Source: Alphaproteobacteria bacterium
GTDB taxonomy: Bacteria > Pseudomonadota > Alphaproteobacteria > MPNO01
Length of the DNA: 64,000 nt
Direction: 5' to 3'
NCBI GenBank assembly: GCA_963667285.1
Contig: OY763326.1
Span: 4,847,546-4,911,545 of the forward strand
Below the pieces are notes generated by a model, which saw only the letters and a list, made by a program, of their open reading frames with translations, did not search any database and was not told the origin of the DNA. Below, piece after piece: positions 45,460-54,972 of the stretch; the first letter of the stretch is position 1; every line of letters begins with the position of its first letter. A program made the translations under genes and the position numbers.

Positions 45460-46305
45460 TCAAATGTCCTCCCCAAGCTCGCTCAGAAACCCATGGATGG
45501 TCGAGTTCACCAAGTCCGGATGCTCCCAGAACACGCCGTGGCGGGCATTCGGCACCATGAAGAACTTCGAGCCCTTTATCTTGCCGTGAAGGTGGCGGGT
45601 CTGCTTGACGAAGTCGCCCGTGCCCTCGGCGAAACGGTCCTCGTCGCCGACGACGATCAGGGTCGGCGCGACGATCCGGTCGAGCTTGTCGGTCACGTTG
45701 TGGTTCTGGCGCGCGATGATATGGCGCAGATAGGGCTTCAGGGGCGGCGGCTCCATCATCGCGAGATCGAGGATCTTCTCCATGATCTCGGGGTTGTTCC
45801 TGCGGAATTCCGGCGTGTACCAGAATTCGCCGAGATGGGAGTCCTTGAGCCGTTCGGCGACCGAACCGTCGACCCTGGAGAAGGTGAGGCAGGTCTGGAG
45901 CGGGATGCCGCGCGGGAAGTCGTAGCCCGGGAACGGGCCGGACCCGGTCTCGGACAGCACCAGCCCGCGGGTCTTGTCGGGGTAGTCGATGGCAAATTGC
46001 TGCGCCACCTGCCCGCCCATCGAATGGCCCAGGATATGGGCCCGGGCGATGCCGAGCGCGTCCAGCAGGTCGCACAGATCCTCGGCGAACATCGGGATCG
46101 AGTACTCGATGTCGGGCTTGTCCGACTTTCCGGTGCCCCGGTGATCGAAGACGATGGTCTGGTAGTGCCGGCTGAAATACGGCACCTGGTAGAGGTGCCA
46201 TTTGTGCAGGTGAGAGCCGGTGCCGGCGATCAGGACCAGTGGCTCCCCCTCGCCGTGGATCTCGTAATACATGTTGAGCCCGCTGCGCAGCTCGACCATC
46301 GGCAT
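45460..46305 (-). CDS. alpha/beta hydrolase (meta-cleavage-product hydrolase-like)
   Basis: Nucleophile elbow GHSMGG and alpha/beta hydrolase fold pattern. Confidence 0.85.
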   Translation of the reverse strand: MPMVELRSGLNMYYEIHGEGEPLVLIAGTGSHLHKWHLYQVPYFSRHYQTIVFDHRGTGKSDKPDIEYSIPMFAEDLCDLLDALGIARAHILGHSMGGQVAQQFAIDYPDKTRGLVLSETGSGPFPGYDFPRGIPLQTCLTFSRVDGSVAERLKDSHLGEFWYTPEFRRNNPEIMEKILDLAMMEPPPLKPYLRHIIARQNHNVTDKLDRIVAPTLIVVGDEDRFAEGTGDFVKQTRHLHGKIKGSKFFMVPNARHGVFWEHPDLVNSTIHGFLSELGEDI

Positions 46306-46319
46306 CGCGATCCGCCTCC

Positions 46320-46712
46320 CTATGATTGCTCGGGCAGTACCGCGACCGCCTCCATCTCGACCAGCATGTCGGGGTTCTTCAGCCCGACATAGGCCGACGA
46401 GCGGGCCGGCAGCGGCTCCGGCATCAGCTTGCGGTATTCGTCGTTGAAGGCCGGCGCATCCCCGGCATCCCGGAGATAGACGGTCACCTTGACCACGTCG
46501 GCGAGCGAGGCGCCGGCCTCGGCGAGGATCGCCTCGACATTGCCGATGCAGCGCCGGGCCTGATCGCGGATGTCGCCCATCTTTCCGGTTTCTCGGTTGC
46601 GCCCGGCCTGGCCCGAGGTGAACACCAGGTTGCCGATGCGGATGGCCTGGTTGAACGGCCCGGTCGGCGTCGGCGCGGCATCGGTGTGGATCGGTTGCTT
46701 GCCGGGCGGCAT
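46320..46712 (-). CDS. RidA/YjgF family protein (possible aminomuconate-type deaminase)
   Basis: PTPTGPFNQAIRIGNLVFTSGQAG...VKVTVYLRD pattern. Start at MPPGK. The ORF track extends it to 46838. Confidence 0.8.
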   Translation of the reverse strand: MPPGKQPIHTDAAPTPTGPFNQAIRIGNLVFTSGQAGRNRETGKMGDIRDQARRCIGNVEAILAEAGASLADVVKVTVYLRDAGDAPAFNDEYRKLMPEPLPARSSAYVGLKNPDMLVEMEAVAVLPEQS

Positions 46713-46728
46713 GCGACTCTCCCGGAGT

Positions 46729-47565
46729 TCAGGCGGCGCCCTTCCAGAGCGCGACCGGGCAGGTGCCGACGCCGCGCACCGGCTTGTGGCGGATGAAGTC
46801 GGGCTTGCGGTCGGCGACCACGCCGAGGACCGTAACATAGTTGAGGAACTCCGCGGTCGAGTTGCCCTCGCGGATCAGCCGGGGCACGGAGAGGGAGTCG
46901 AGGATCGTGTCCTTCGCGCCGTCGCTCATCTGCCGGATCACCCAGCGATTGAAGTCCTGGTTGTAGTTGCCCATCTTCGGGCCGCCCACCTCGACGGTGA
47001 GATTGAACGAGCCGATCATCGCGATGCGCTCGTCGGCCGGACGGGCGTGGATCACCTCTCCGATCAGCTCTCCCAGCGCATACCAGCGCCGCGTGCTGGG
47101 GATCGGGTAGCCGAAGGCGTTGGAGATGATCGGGACGATGGGGATGTCCTGTTCCGGCCGCACATAGGAGAGCGGCAGGGTGAAGGCGTGGTCGATCTTG
47201 AACTCGTGCACCTGGGAGAACGGGATGCCGTTCTCCGCGCCCCGCCGCAGGACGTCCTGGGCGAGATCCTGATGCACCGCGCAGCGATAGGACGGCAGGT
47301 GCATGATCTCGGATTCGTACCAGAACGGCCCCTCGGCGACCGGACCCGTGCCCACCGCGAAGGACGGCAGGTTGTCGAAGAAGAAATTGTCGAGATGGTC
47401 GTTGGCGACCACGACGATCGCATCGGGCGCGGCCTCGGCGAGCCCCGCGCGAAGCACGCCGAAGGCCTCTTCCAGCTCGGCGAGGTCCTGCGCGTCGGCG
47501 TTGTCGCGGTTCCAGAAGATCCGCGGATTGTGGGTCGACGCGATGACGCAGACGGTTTTCGCCAT
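46729..47565 (-). CDS. class III extradiol ring-cleavage dioxygenase, LigB-family catalytic subunit
   Basis: MAKTVCVIASTHNP... and LigB-family pattern. GGGGAGGG RBS. The ORF track N-terminal extension (to 47811) is rejected. Confidence 0.8.
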   Translation of the reverse strand: MAKTVCVIASTHNPRIFWNRDNADAQDLAELEEAFGVLRAGLAEAAPDAIVVVANDHLDNFFFDNLPSFAVGTGPVAEGPFWYESEIMHLPSYRCAVHQDLAQDVLRRGAENGIPFSQVHEFKIDHAFTLPLSYVRPEQDIPIVPIISNAFGYPIPSTRRWYALGELIGEVIHARPADERIAMIGSFNLTVEVGGPKMGNYNQDFNRWVIRQMSDGAKDTILDSLSVPRLIREGNSTAEFLNYVTVLGVVADRKPDFIRHKPVRGVGTCPVALWKGAA

Positions 47566-47575
47566 CAACCCTCCC

Positions 47576-47881
47576 CTATCCCGCGTCCCGGGGCGGGCTG
47601 TAGTAGTCGTACCAGCTATTGGGGATGTCCCGGATCTTCGGAACCACCTCCTTGACGTACCATTCGCGCGGGTTGAGGACCGCGGAGAGGTGGAACAGCA
47701 GGACGGGGTGCACGTCCATCGCCCAGAGCCGCGGGAAATCGCGTGCGACCAGGGCCGCGCGCTCGCGCTCGTCGAGCCCGAAGCGGTCGAGGACCGCATG
47801 GTCGCCGTCACGGAAGGCCATCGTCCGGTCGCGATCGATATAGATGTGGTGGATCGCCTTGTTGAGTTCGTAGGACGACAT
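47576..47881 (-). CDS. LigA-like small subunit of extradiol dioxygenase
   Basis: 101-aa protein immediately upstream of the LigB-like gene with a 10-nt gap. LigA-like size and position. Sequence match is moderate. Confidence 0.55.
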   Translation of the reverse strand: MSSYELNKAIHHIYIDRDRTMAFRDGDHAVLDRFGLDERERAALVARDFPRLWAMDVHPVLLFHLSAVLNPREWYVKEVVPKIRDIPNSWYDYYSPPRDAG

Positions 47882-47894
47882 CGGGCTCCCTCGT

Positions 47895-48365
47895 TCAGAC
47901 CGGCGGCAGGGCGCCGACGGCCTCGACCGTCAACCGGGCGACCTTGCCGTCATTCGCGGGCGAGCCGCCGCCGATGCCGATCGCGCCGATACATTCTTCG
48001 CCGTCGAAGATGGGGTGTCCACCGGCATTCAGCGTCACCCCGCCGGGGATGACCTCGGTCAGGCTGAGCGGGAACATCGGCCGGTCCTTCCACTGCTCCA
48101 TCAGGGCGTCGGACGGCTTGCGGAAGGCCGCCGACAGCCGCGCCTTGCCGGTCGCCATGTAGGGGCCGTGCCAGGCGGTTTCCCGGCCGCGCGCGACCAC
48201 GACCGGATGGCCGGCGGAATCCACCACCGCGACGCTCACCTCCAGGCCGTGGTCCCTGCCGACCTGCTTGGCCTTCAGCATGATCTCGAGCGCGCGTTCG
48301 TAGTTCACGATGCCTCGCCGTCCCGCTTCACCCGAATCAGAGCATCCTGAGAAAACGGTCTGCAT
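47895..48365 (-). CDS. GlcG/HbpS-like heme-binding protein (DUF336)
   Basis: ALEIMLKAKQVGRDHGLEVSVAVVDSAGHPVVVARGRETAWHGPYMATGKARLSAAF pattern. Start codon is uncertain (possible overlap with the upstream gene). Confidence 0.65.
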   Translation of the reverse strand: MQTVFSGCSDSGEAGRRGIVNYERALEIMLKAKQVGRDHGLEVSVAVVDSAGHPVVVARGRETAWHGPYMATGKARLSAAFRKPSDALMEQWKDRPMFPLSLTEVIPGGVTLNAGGHPIFDGEECIGAIGIGGGSPANDGKVARLTVEAVGALPPV

Positions 48366-49521
48366 TGCCGGCGAGCAGCTTTTGCATGGCCCCGGGCCCG
48401 ATCGTGTTGGACCAGGCGAGCACGTTGTCGACGGAGCGCGGCCAGTCGCATTCCGGGTGCGGAAAGTCCGATGCGTACATCAGGCAGCCGTCGCCCAGCA
48501 CGTCGATCACCGCCCTGGTCATCTCGGGACCCTCATGGGTCTCGATCGCGCAAAAGACGCGTCCCGCGCGGACATAGTCGGAGGGCTTCATCGCGAGCGC
48601 CGGCACGGCGCCGGTGACGTACTCCACCTGGCTGTCCAGGCGGAGAACCCAGTAGGGCAGCCAGCCATGGCCGGTCTCGGAAAACCCCATTTTGATGTCG
48701 GGATAGCGGTCGAGGATCCCGCCGCAGATCACATAGGCCAGGAGGCGCTGCGCGCCCCACGGGTGGGCGGCCACGCGCGCCACCGCCGCATTGCCCCAGA
48801 TGTCGCGGTAACCGGGGAAGTAGGGCGGCTCGTAGAAGAAGCTGTGATGCATGATCGGCAGGTGGAAGTCGTTCATCGCCTGCCAGATCGGCTCGTGGTC
48901 GGGATCGTCGACGGGGACTCCCTCGGGGAGAACGGGCCACACGCAGGACACCCACTTCTGGTTTCCGCGCCGCCTGATCTCCGCCGCCGCCCATTCGACA
49001 TCGGCGGCCGGAGCCAGCAGGAGACCCTTGAGGCGATCGGGATCGGCGGCGCAGAACGCCGCCATGTACTCGTGATAGGCGCCATAGAGCCCGACGGCGA
49101 GAGACGGGTCGAGCGCGGTCACGGCCGATGCCCAGGTGCCGGGAATCAGGCAGTTGACGTCGACCCCCTCCCGGTCCATGTCGGCCAGCCGGCCGGTGCT
49201 GTTGTCGTGCTGTATCCGCGGGCTGCAGGTCTCCCTGGCGATGTTCTGCACGCGACCGGCGAGCGCCCCGGCGCCGCCCTTCTCCGCTTCTCCCGCGTCG
49301 CCTTTGCGGCCGGCCACGCGGTCATAGGGTATCGGGTTGATCTTGAGCGTCGTCCAGGGCTCCTCCGGGTGGCCGCGCCCGGGCGGCGAAGTCATGGTCC
49401 GCACATAGGGGGCGAACTCGTCCCAGCGCGCCTTGAGCCCCTCATCGGCGTGGCGATGCAGCACCTCGAGAGAGGGCGTCACGTGGCTGTCGACGTCGAT
49501 TACCCGGTATCCGGCCCGCAT
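48337..49521 (-). CDS. amidohydrolase-2 family metal-dependent hydrolase (LigJ/ACMSD-like)
   Basis: MRAGYRVIDVDSHV... with amidohydrolase_2 pattern, including the DFPHPE C-terminal metal-ligand region. Confidence 0.8.
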   Translation of the reverse strand: MRAGYRVIDVDSHVTPSLEVLHRHADEGLKARWDEFAPYVRTMTSPPGRGHPEEPWTTLKINPIPYDRVAGRKGDAGEAEKGGAGALAGRVQNIARETCSPRIQHDNSTGRLADMDREGVDVNCLIPGTWASAVTALDPSLAVGLYGAYHEYMAAFCAADPDRLKGLLLAPAADVEWAAAEIRRRGNQKWVSCVWPVLPEGVPVDDPDHEPIWQAMNDFHLPIMHHSFFYEPPYFPGYRDIWGNAAVARVAAHPWGAQRLLAYVICGGILDRYPDIKMGFSETGHGWLPYWVLRLDSQVEYVTGAVPALAMKPSDYVRAGRVFCAIETHEGPEMTRAVIDVLGDGCLMYASDFPHPECDWPRSVDNVLAWSNTIGPGAMQKLLAGNADRFLRML

Positions 49522-49610
49522 TGTCCTTCCCCAGCGCCGCCGCGAATGGCGATCCGGCGGGAATGATACAGGTCTTTCGCGATTTCTGAACCGGTGCGGC
49601 GGCGGTGGGA

Positions 49611-50678
49611 TCAATCGTCCTCGGGCCACTCGCGGGGCGCGATGTCGATCCCCCTCGCCCGACGCTCTTCCACGAGACGGCGGAACTGGGCCCTGGTTTC
49701 CTCGATGCTCTCTATCGGCCTGTCGGCGAAACCGTCATTCGGCCAGCCGACGGACGCCTCGTACTCCCTGGCATACATCTCGGCCCGGATGGTCACCGGA
49801 TGGAACGGCTTGGCGCGCGCGCGGCGCAGGGCGTTCAGATCGACCGGGGCCTTGATGGTGGCCTCGCCGGCGCCCCGGATCCTGTTGATGCACCCGCCGT
49901 CGAAGGAATAGATGCCGGAATCCCCATGGCTTCCGAACAGCCCCCGCGTCGCGCCCTCGTACATGCCGATATTGGCGGCCGCGAGATAGCACTTGTTCTC
50001 GTAGGCCCGCGTCATGCGATAGGCCTCCCAGTTGTACACGTCCCCGTGGCTCATGTTGTGGGGCTCGGAGGTGAGATGGGCCAGGATCTCGGCGCCGTTC
50101 ATCATCGTGCAGCGCGCGTTCTCCGGAAAGCCGAGCTCGCCGCAGGTGATCAGGCCGATATTGCCGATCTCGGTGCGGGCGACGGGAAACAGGTTCTCCC
50201 GTCCGAACCTGGCGCAGAACTCGGTGTAGATGTCGGACGGCGTCGTGTAGGGGAACACCCAGGCGTTGTTGTTGTTCTTCCAGTGCTTGAGGATCACCGC
50301 GCCCGAGGGGTCGATCAGGAAAGAGCAGTTGAAGAACCGGCGGGGAAAATCGGGATGCACCTCGAACAGGTTCGCCGCGATGAAGATGTTTCGCTGCTTC
50401 GCCTTCTCGCCCAGCAGCTCGGTATAGGGCCCGGGAATGGTGGTGCAGAGCCTGAACCAGTCCTCCAGCTCCAGCCTCTGCCAGCGCGCGTTGATCGAAT
50501 ACTCGGGAAGAACCACCAGGCGCACTTCGGAGTTTCCGAACGCGGTCACGTAGTCGATCATCTCGCCGATCCGCGCGATGTTCTCGCGGATGTCGCGGTC
50601 GCGCTCCTCTTCGCCGAGCGAGACCGCCCGGGAGCGCGTTTGCAGGCACGCGATTTCGTAATTCAGGACCTGTGCCAA
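49611..50678 (-). CDS. carbon-nitrogen hydrolase family protein (nitrilase/amidase superfamily)
   Basis: CN_hydrolase pattern (VRLVVLPEYSINA..., ...GLITCGELGFPE catalytic Cys region). Confidence 0.8.
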   Translation of the reverse strand: MAQVLNYEIACLQTRSRAVSLGEEERDRDIRENIARIGEMIDYVTAFGNSEVRLVVLPEYSINARWQRLELEDWFRLCTTIPGPYTELLGEKAKQRNIFIAANLFEVHPDFPRRFFNCSFLIDPSGAVILKHWKNNNNAWVFPYTTPSDIYTEFCARFGRENLFPVARTEIGNIGLITCGELGFPENARCTMMNGAEILAHLTSEPHNMSHGDVYNWEAYRMTRAYENKCYLAAANIGMYEGATRGLFGSHGDSGIYSFDGGCINRIRGAGEATIKAPVDLNALRRARAKPFHPVTIRAEMYAREYEASVGWPNDGFADRPIESIEETRAQFRRLVEERRARGIDIAPREWPEDD

Positions 50679-50785
50679 GGTGGTCTCCGTTCGGTGTACC
50701 GGCCAAGCCGATCTTGGCGGGATCTTCCCCCGCGCAGGCCAGAGCGTCTACTCTGCTCAAGCCGGGCCGCCGGCGGGAGAGTCTC

Positions 50786-51907
50786 GTGAAGTTCTCATAC
50801 ACCCATCACATGCCCTACACCCATGTCGAGGAGGCGGGGCAGGACTGGCCGGTCCCCAACAAGCAGTTCGACCCGGAGAAGGGCGTCGCGCTCTATCGCG
50901 AGTACATCGACAACAAGGTCTTCGCCGAGGAGGTCGGGTTCGACTGGATCGGCTGCAACGAGCATCACATGAGCCCCTACGGCTTGATGCCCAACCCCAA
51001 TCTCACCGCCGCGGCCATCATCGAGCGCACGAGGACGGCCGGCATCCTGCAATCGGGCAATATCGTGCCGCTGACCAACCCGATCCGCATCGCCGAGGAA
51101 TACGCCATGCTCGACGTGCAGTCGGGCGGGCGGCTGATCGCCGGGTTCATGCGCGGGATCCCGCACGAATACGTCGCCTACAACGTCTCGCCGGACGACT
51201 CCTACCCCCGCATGCGCGAGGCCTGCGAGCTGATCGTCAAGTGCTGGACCGAGCCCGAGCCTTTCGGCTGGGAGGGCGAGCATTACCGCTACCGCGCGGT
51301 CTCGATCTGGCCGCGCCCGGTGCAGCAGCCGCATCCCAGACTCCTGATGTCCGGTTCCAGCCCGGACTCGGTGCGTCTCGCCGTCGCCTTCCGCGCGACC
51401 ATCGGGCTGCTTCGAATCACCGACTTCGAGAGCGCGCGCGAGATGCGGGACCTGTACACCGGCCTGGCCCGGGAAGACGGATGGGAACCGCAGCCCGAAC
51501 ACTTCATGGTCGGCATGCCGTGCTCCATCGCCGACACCGCGGAAGAGGCGATGGAAACCCTCAGGAACGGCACCAGGTATTTCCTCGGGGTGCTCGGCGG
51601 CGGAATCCGGACGGCGCAGCGTCTCGTCTTGCAGAAGACACGCTATTACCGCGAGGCGGCGCATCGCGAGCGGTTCCCCGGCCTCGCCACGCGTCGCGAG
51701 ACGCCGCTCGAAGAGTTGATGGAGAAGGGGCTGGTGCTGTGCGGGACCCCGGACATGGCGGTCGCCCAGATCAAGCGGGCCAAGGCGGAGCTCGGCCACG
51801 GGCTGATGAACCTCAACATCAAGATCGGCAACACCCCGCAATCGGCGGTGCTGCGAACCATGCGGGCGCTGCGCGACCATGTCTTCCCGGCGGTACGGGA
51901 TGTCTGA
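50786..51907 (+). CDS. LLM-class flavin-dependent oxidoreductase (luciferase-like monooxygenase), paralog 1
   Basis: GTG start with GGGAGAG RBS. Bacterial-luciferase-fold pattern. About 90% identical to paralog 3 over the N-terminal half. Confidence 0.85.
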   Translation: MKFSYTHHMPYTHVEEAGQDWPVPNKQFDPEKGVALYREYIDNKVFAEEVGFDWIGCNEHHMSPYGLMPNPNLTAAAIIERTRTAGILQSGNIVPLTNPIRIAEEYAMLDVQSGGRLIAGFMRGIPHEYVAYNVSPDDSYPRMREACELIVKCWTEPEPFGWEGEHYRYRAVSIWPRPVQQPHPRLLMSGSSPDSVRLAVAFRATIGLLRITDFESAREMRDLYTGLAREDGWEPQPEHFMVGMPCSIADTAEEAMETLRNGTRYFLGVLGGGIRTAQRLVLQKTRYYREAAHRERFPGLATRRETPLEELMEKGLVLCGTPDMAVAQIKRAKAELGHGLMNLNIKIGNTPQSAVLRTMRALRDHVFPAVRDV

Positions 51908-52700
51908 AGCGGACGAGGCCGCGCCCTTCGAAAGGATGACCGCCCGGCTCTCGGCGGGCGAGATACCCTACCGGGTCGCGGGCGCCGGGCCGCCGGTGCT
52001 TTACCTCCACGCAGCGGGCGGCGCGCGGACCACGCCGGGGCTGGCGCTGCTTGCCCGCAACCGGCGCATCCACATGCCGATCATCCCGGGATTCGACGAT
52101 ACGCCCATCCTCCCATCCGTCTCCACGATGCGGGATATCGCGAGTCTCGGCGCGGAGTTCATCGAGACCGTCATCGGCGAGCCTGCGGATGTCATCGGGC
52201 AATCCTTCGGAGGCTGGGCCGCGCCATGGCTCGCGCTGGAGCATGCCGGTGCGGTCGGGTTGCTGGTACTCGAATGCCCGGCGGGTTTCCGGCCCAGGGG
52301 GCACCCGCCGCCGTCGCGGGACCCGGAGCTGAGATTGCGGCAGATGTTCGCCCATCCGGAGCGACGGCCGCCGGAGACCAGGTCGAACGAGACCCTGGCG
52401 CGGAACCGCGAGATGCTGCACCGCTATCACGGGGCGGAAACTCGCGACGACGCCTTGATCGACCGGCTCGGCGAGATCGAAGCGCTGACGCTGGTCCTGC
52501 TCGGCACCAAAGACGGGCGCATGCCGCGGGAATGCGTCCAATTGCTGAAAGACCGCCTGCCGCGCGCGTTCCTGATCTATGTCTACGATGCGGCGCACAG
52601 CATCGAAACCGATCAGCCCGAGCGGTTCGCCAACCTGGTCGGGGACTTCCTGCACCGGGGCGAGACGTTTCTCGTCAACCAGACGGCCCCCTGGCCGTAA
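51900..52700 (+). CDS. alpha/beta hydrolase, paralog a
   Basis: Its ATG overlaps the LLM stop. GQSFGGW nucleophile elbow. Paralogous to the convergent gene 52717-53502. Confidence 0.8.
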   Translation: MSEADEAAPFERMTARLSAGEIPYRVAGAGPPVLYLHAAGGARTTPGLALLARNRRIHMPIIPGFDDTPILPSVSTMRDIASLGAEFIETVIGEPADVIGQSFGGWAAPWLALEHAGAVGLLVLECPAGFRPRGHPPPSRDPELRLRQMFAHPERRPPETRSNETLARNREMLHRYHGAETRDDALIDRLGEIEALTLVLLGTKDGRMPRECVQLLKDRLPRAFLIYVYDAAHSIETDQPERFANLVGDFLHRGETFLVNQTAPWP

Positions 52701-52716
52701 CCGGCGGGGTTGAGTT

Positions 52717-53502
52717 TCAGGCCGCCCGGTCGTCGGTCCCCGGATTGACGAGGAACGCCTCGCCGCGGGTCAGGAAATCGCTGACCAGACCCGTGAAGTA
52801 TTCCGGCTGGTCCACTTCGATGGCGTGCGCCGCATCGTAGACATAGATCAGGAACGCACGAGGGATCAGGCGTTTCAGCAGCCGAGGACTCGAGATCGGA
52901 ATCGCGCCGTCCTTCGTGCCGTGCAGGATCAGCGTCAGCACCTCGATCTCGTTCAGCCGGTCGACCAGCGCATCGTCCTTCGCCTTGCCGCCGTGGTAAT
53001 GGGCGAGCATTTCCCGATTCCGGGTCACCATGGATTCGGGCTTGGTCTCGGGCGGCACCTTCTCGGGATGGGCGTAGAGCCGGCGCTGCAATTCCTCGGG
53101 GTCGGGGGACAGCCCGCCCACCCCCTCTTCCCGGAACCCGGCCGGGCATTCCAGTACCAGCTGGCCCACCTTTTGCGGGTGCAGGACCGTATACCAGGTC
53201 GCTCGCCAGCCGCCGAACGAATGGCCGATGACATCCGCGGTTTCGCCGATGACGGTATCGGCGAACTCCGCTTCGAGGCGGGCCAGCGCCTCCATCGACG
53301 CCACGCCGTCATGGGTCGCGGTGCCGTCGAAGCCCGGCGTCACCGGCGCATAGATCCGGAACGATTGCGCCAGGGCCTCGAGCGCCGCCGTCGCGCGAAA
53401 CCCGGATGCGGCATGCATGTGGATCACGGGCGGCCCGTCGCCGGCGACGTGATAGGCCAAGGGGCCGCTGGAAAGCGCTACGGTGTTTTCCTGAAACGAC
53501 AT
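52717..53502 (-). CDS. alpha/beta hydrolase, paralog b
   Basis: MSFQENTVALSSGPLAYHVAGDGPPVIHMHAASG... with GHSFGGW elbow. Shares long blocks with paralog a (LVLECPAGFR..., RAFLIYVYDAAH[S/A]IE[T/V]DQPE[R/Y]F). The ORF track N-terminal extension (to 53784) reads through MITE copy C and is rejected. Confidence 0.8.
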   Translation of the reverse strand: MSFQENTVALSSGPLAYHVAGDGPPVIHMHAASGFRATAALEALAQSFRIYAPVTPGFDGTATHDGVASMEALARLEAEFADTVIGETADVIGHSFGGWRATWYTVLHPQKVGQLVLECPAGFREEGVGGLSPDPEELQRRLYAHPEKVPPETKPESMVTRNREMLAHYHGGKAKDDALVDRLNEIEVLTLILHGTKDGAIPISSPRLLKRLIPRAFLIYVYDAAHAIEVDQPEYFTGLVSDFLTRGEAFLVNPGTDDRAA

Positions 53503-53541
53503 GATCTGTCCCTTGCTTCCGCGCGACCGGCCGGATCCTAG

Positions 53542-53805
53542 CCCGCATTTCTCACCACTGTCACGGCCTGCGTCGCGCCCAGGCGTTCGATCCGCCAGGA
53601 GCGGGCCGAAAAGCGTAGCGGGGACTACGGTTAAGGCCCGCGACGCAGCGGGCGGACGCCTGGGCGCGACCCTTCGGGCGGCGCTGTCCGGCCGACAGGG
53701 TGCGTCGAGGCGCTTGCCCGATGTCCCCGCATCGCGCCGCGCGCCTCTCCTGCCCTGTCGGCCGGACAGCGCCGCGCAGGCCATGACAGTGGTGAGAAAT
53801 GCGGG
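53542..53805 (-). repeat. MITE-like palindromic repeat element, copy C (264 bp)
   Basis: Same TIRs, flanked by CTAG on both sides. The right CTAG contains the TAG stop (minus strand) of LLM paralog 2. It lies in the promoter region of hydrolase paralog b. Confidence 0.7.
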
Positions 53806-54930
53806 CTAGAGGTCGCGCACGGCCGGCGCGACATGCTCGCCCCACAGCGTCATGCTGCGGCGCACCGCGGCGTCGGAGATGTTGCCGATCTTCATGTTGA
53901 TGTTCATGACGCCGTGGCCGAGCTCGGCGTGCAGATGCCTGACCTGCTCGATCACCCGGTCGGGCGTGCCGCACAGCACCAGGCCCTTGTCGATGCGCTC
54001 CTCGATCGTGGTCTGGCGCAATGCCGCGAGCCTGGCGCCGAGGGTCTTGCGGTTGGCCTCGTCCTCGTAGAACCGCGTCTTCTGTATCACCAGCCGCTGC
54101 GCCGTCCGCGGGCCGCCGAACAGCACGTGGTAGAAGTAGTCGAGACCGCCGCCGAGATGGCGCCGTGCCGCCTCGTCGTCCTCCGCGACGCAGGTATGCG
54201 CGCCGACGAGAATGTCGTCGACCGCGGGTTCCCAGCCGTGCTCGCGGGCGGTTTCCCTGTAGATCCGGATGCAGTTCTTCGCAGCCTCGAGATCGGTCAG
54301 CATCACCATCCCCATCTTCGCGCGGTGGCGCGCGGCGAAGCGGGCCGATTCGGGGCTGCTCGCCGACATGAGGATCGGCGGATGGGGTTGCTGGATCGGA
54401 CGGGGCCAGATCGACACCGCGCGGTACTTGTAGTGCTTTCCCTCCCAGCCGAACGGCTCGGGCTCGGTCCAGGCCTTGAGGATCAGCTCGGACGCTTCCT
54501 CCAGCCGCTCCCAGGACTCGCTGGGCGCGATGTTGTAGGCGACGTATTCATGCGGGATCCCGCGCATGAAGCCCGCAATCAGCCGGCCGCCCGACATGAC
54601 ATCCAGCATGGCGTACTCCTCGGCGACCCGGATCGGATTGAGAAGCGGCACCAGATTGCCGAACATGGCGATGCGCGCGCGCCTGGTGCGCTGGATCAGC
54701 ACCGTCCCGATGAGGTTGCAATTGGACATCAAGCCGTATGGGCTGAAATGGTGCTCGTTGCAGCCGATCCAGTCGAAACCGCACTCCTCGGCGTACACCA
54801 TGGTGTCGATGTAGGTCTCGTAGAGCGCCGTCGCGCGGTCGGGCACGAACCTCTTGTTGGCGACCGGCCAGTCCTGGTCGGTCTCCTCGATGTCGGTCCA
54901 CGGCATCAGGTGGAAGTAGTTGAATTTCAT
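53806..54930 (-). CDS. LLM-class flavin-dependent oxidoreductase, paralog 2
   Basis: MKFNYFHLMPWTDIEETDQDWPVANKRF... luciferase-like pattern. More divergent than paralogs 1 and 3. Confidence 0.85.
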   Translation of the reverse strand: MKFNYFHLMPWTDIEETDQDWPVANKRFVPDRATALYETYIDTMVYAEECGFDWIGCNEHHFSPYGLMSNCNLIGTVLIQRTRRARIAMFGNLVPLLNPIRVAEEYAMLDVMSGGRLIAGFMRGIPHEYVAYNIAPSESWERLEEASELILKAWTEPEPFGWEGKHYKYRAVSIWPRPIQQPHPPILMSASSPESARFAARHRAKMGMVMLTDLEAAKNCIRIYRETAREHGWEPAVDDILVGAHTCVAEDDEAARRHLGGGLDYFYHVLFGGPRTAQRLVIQKTRFYEDEANRKTLGARLAALRQTTIEERIDKGLVLCGTPDRVIEQVRHLHAELGHGVMNINMKIGNISDAAVRRSMTLWGEHVAPAVRDL

Positions 54931-54972
54931 GCAGAAGCACCCTGGAGATCGCGGTCGGCGCGGAGCATTCGC

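Noticed and set aside
52701-52716. Possible bidirectional rho-independent terminator between the convergent hydrolase paralogs
   Set aside because: The 16-bp spacer (CCGGCGGGGTTGAGTT) does not form a convincing GC-rich stem with a T tract on either strand.
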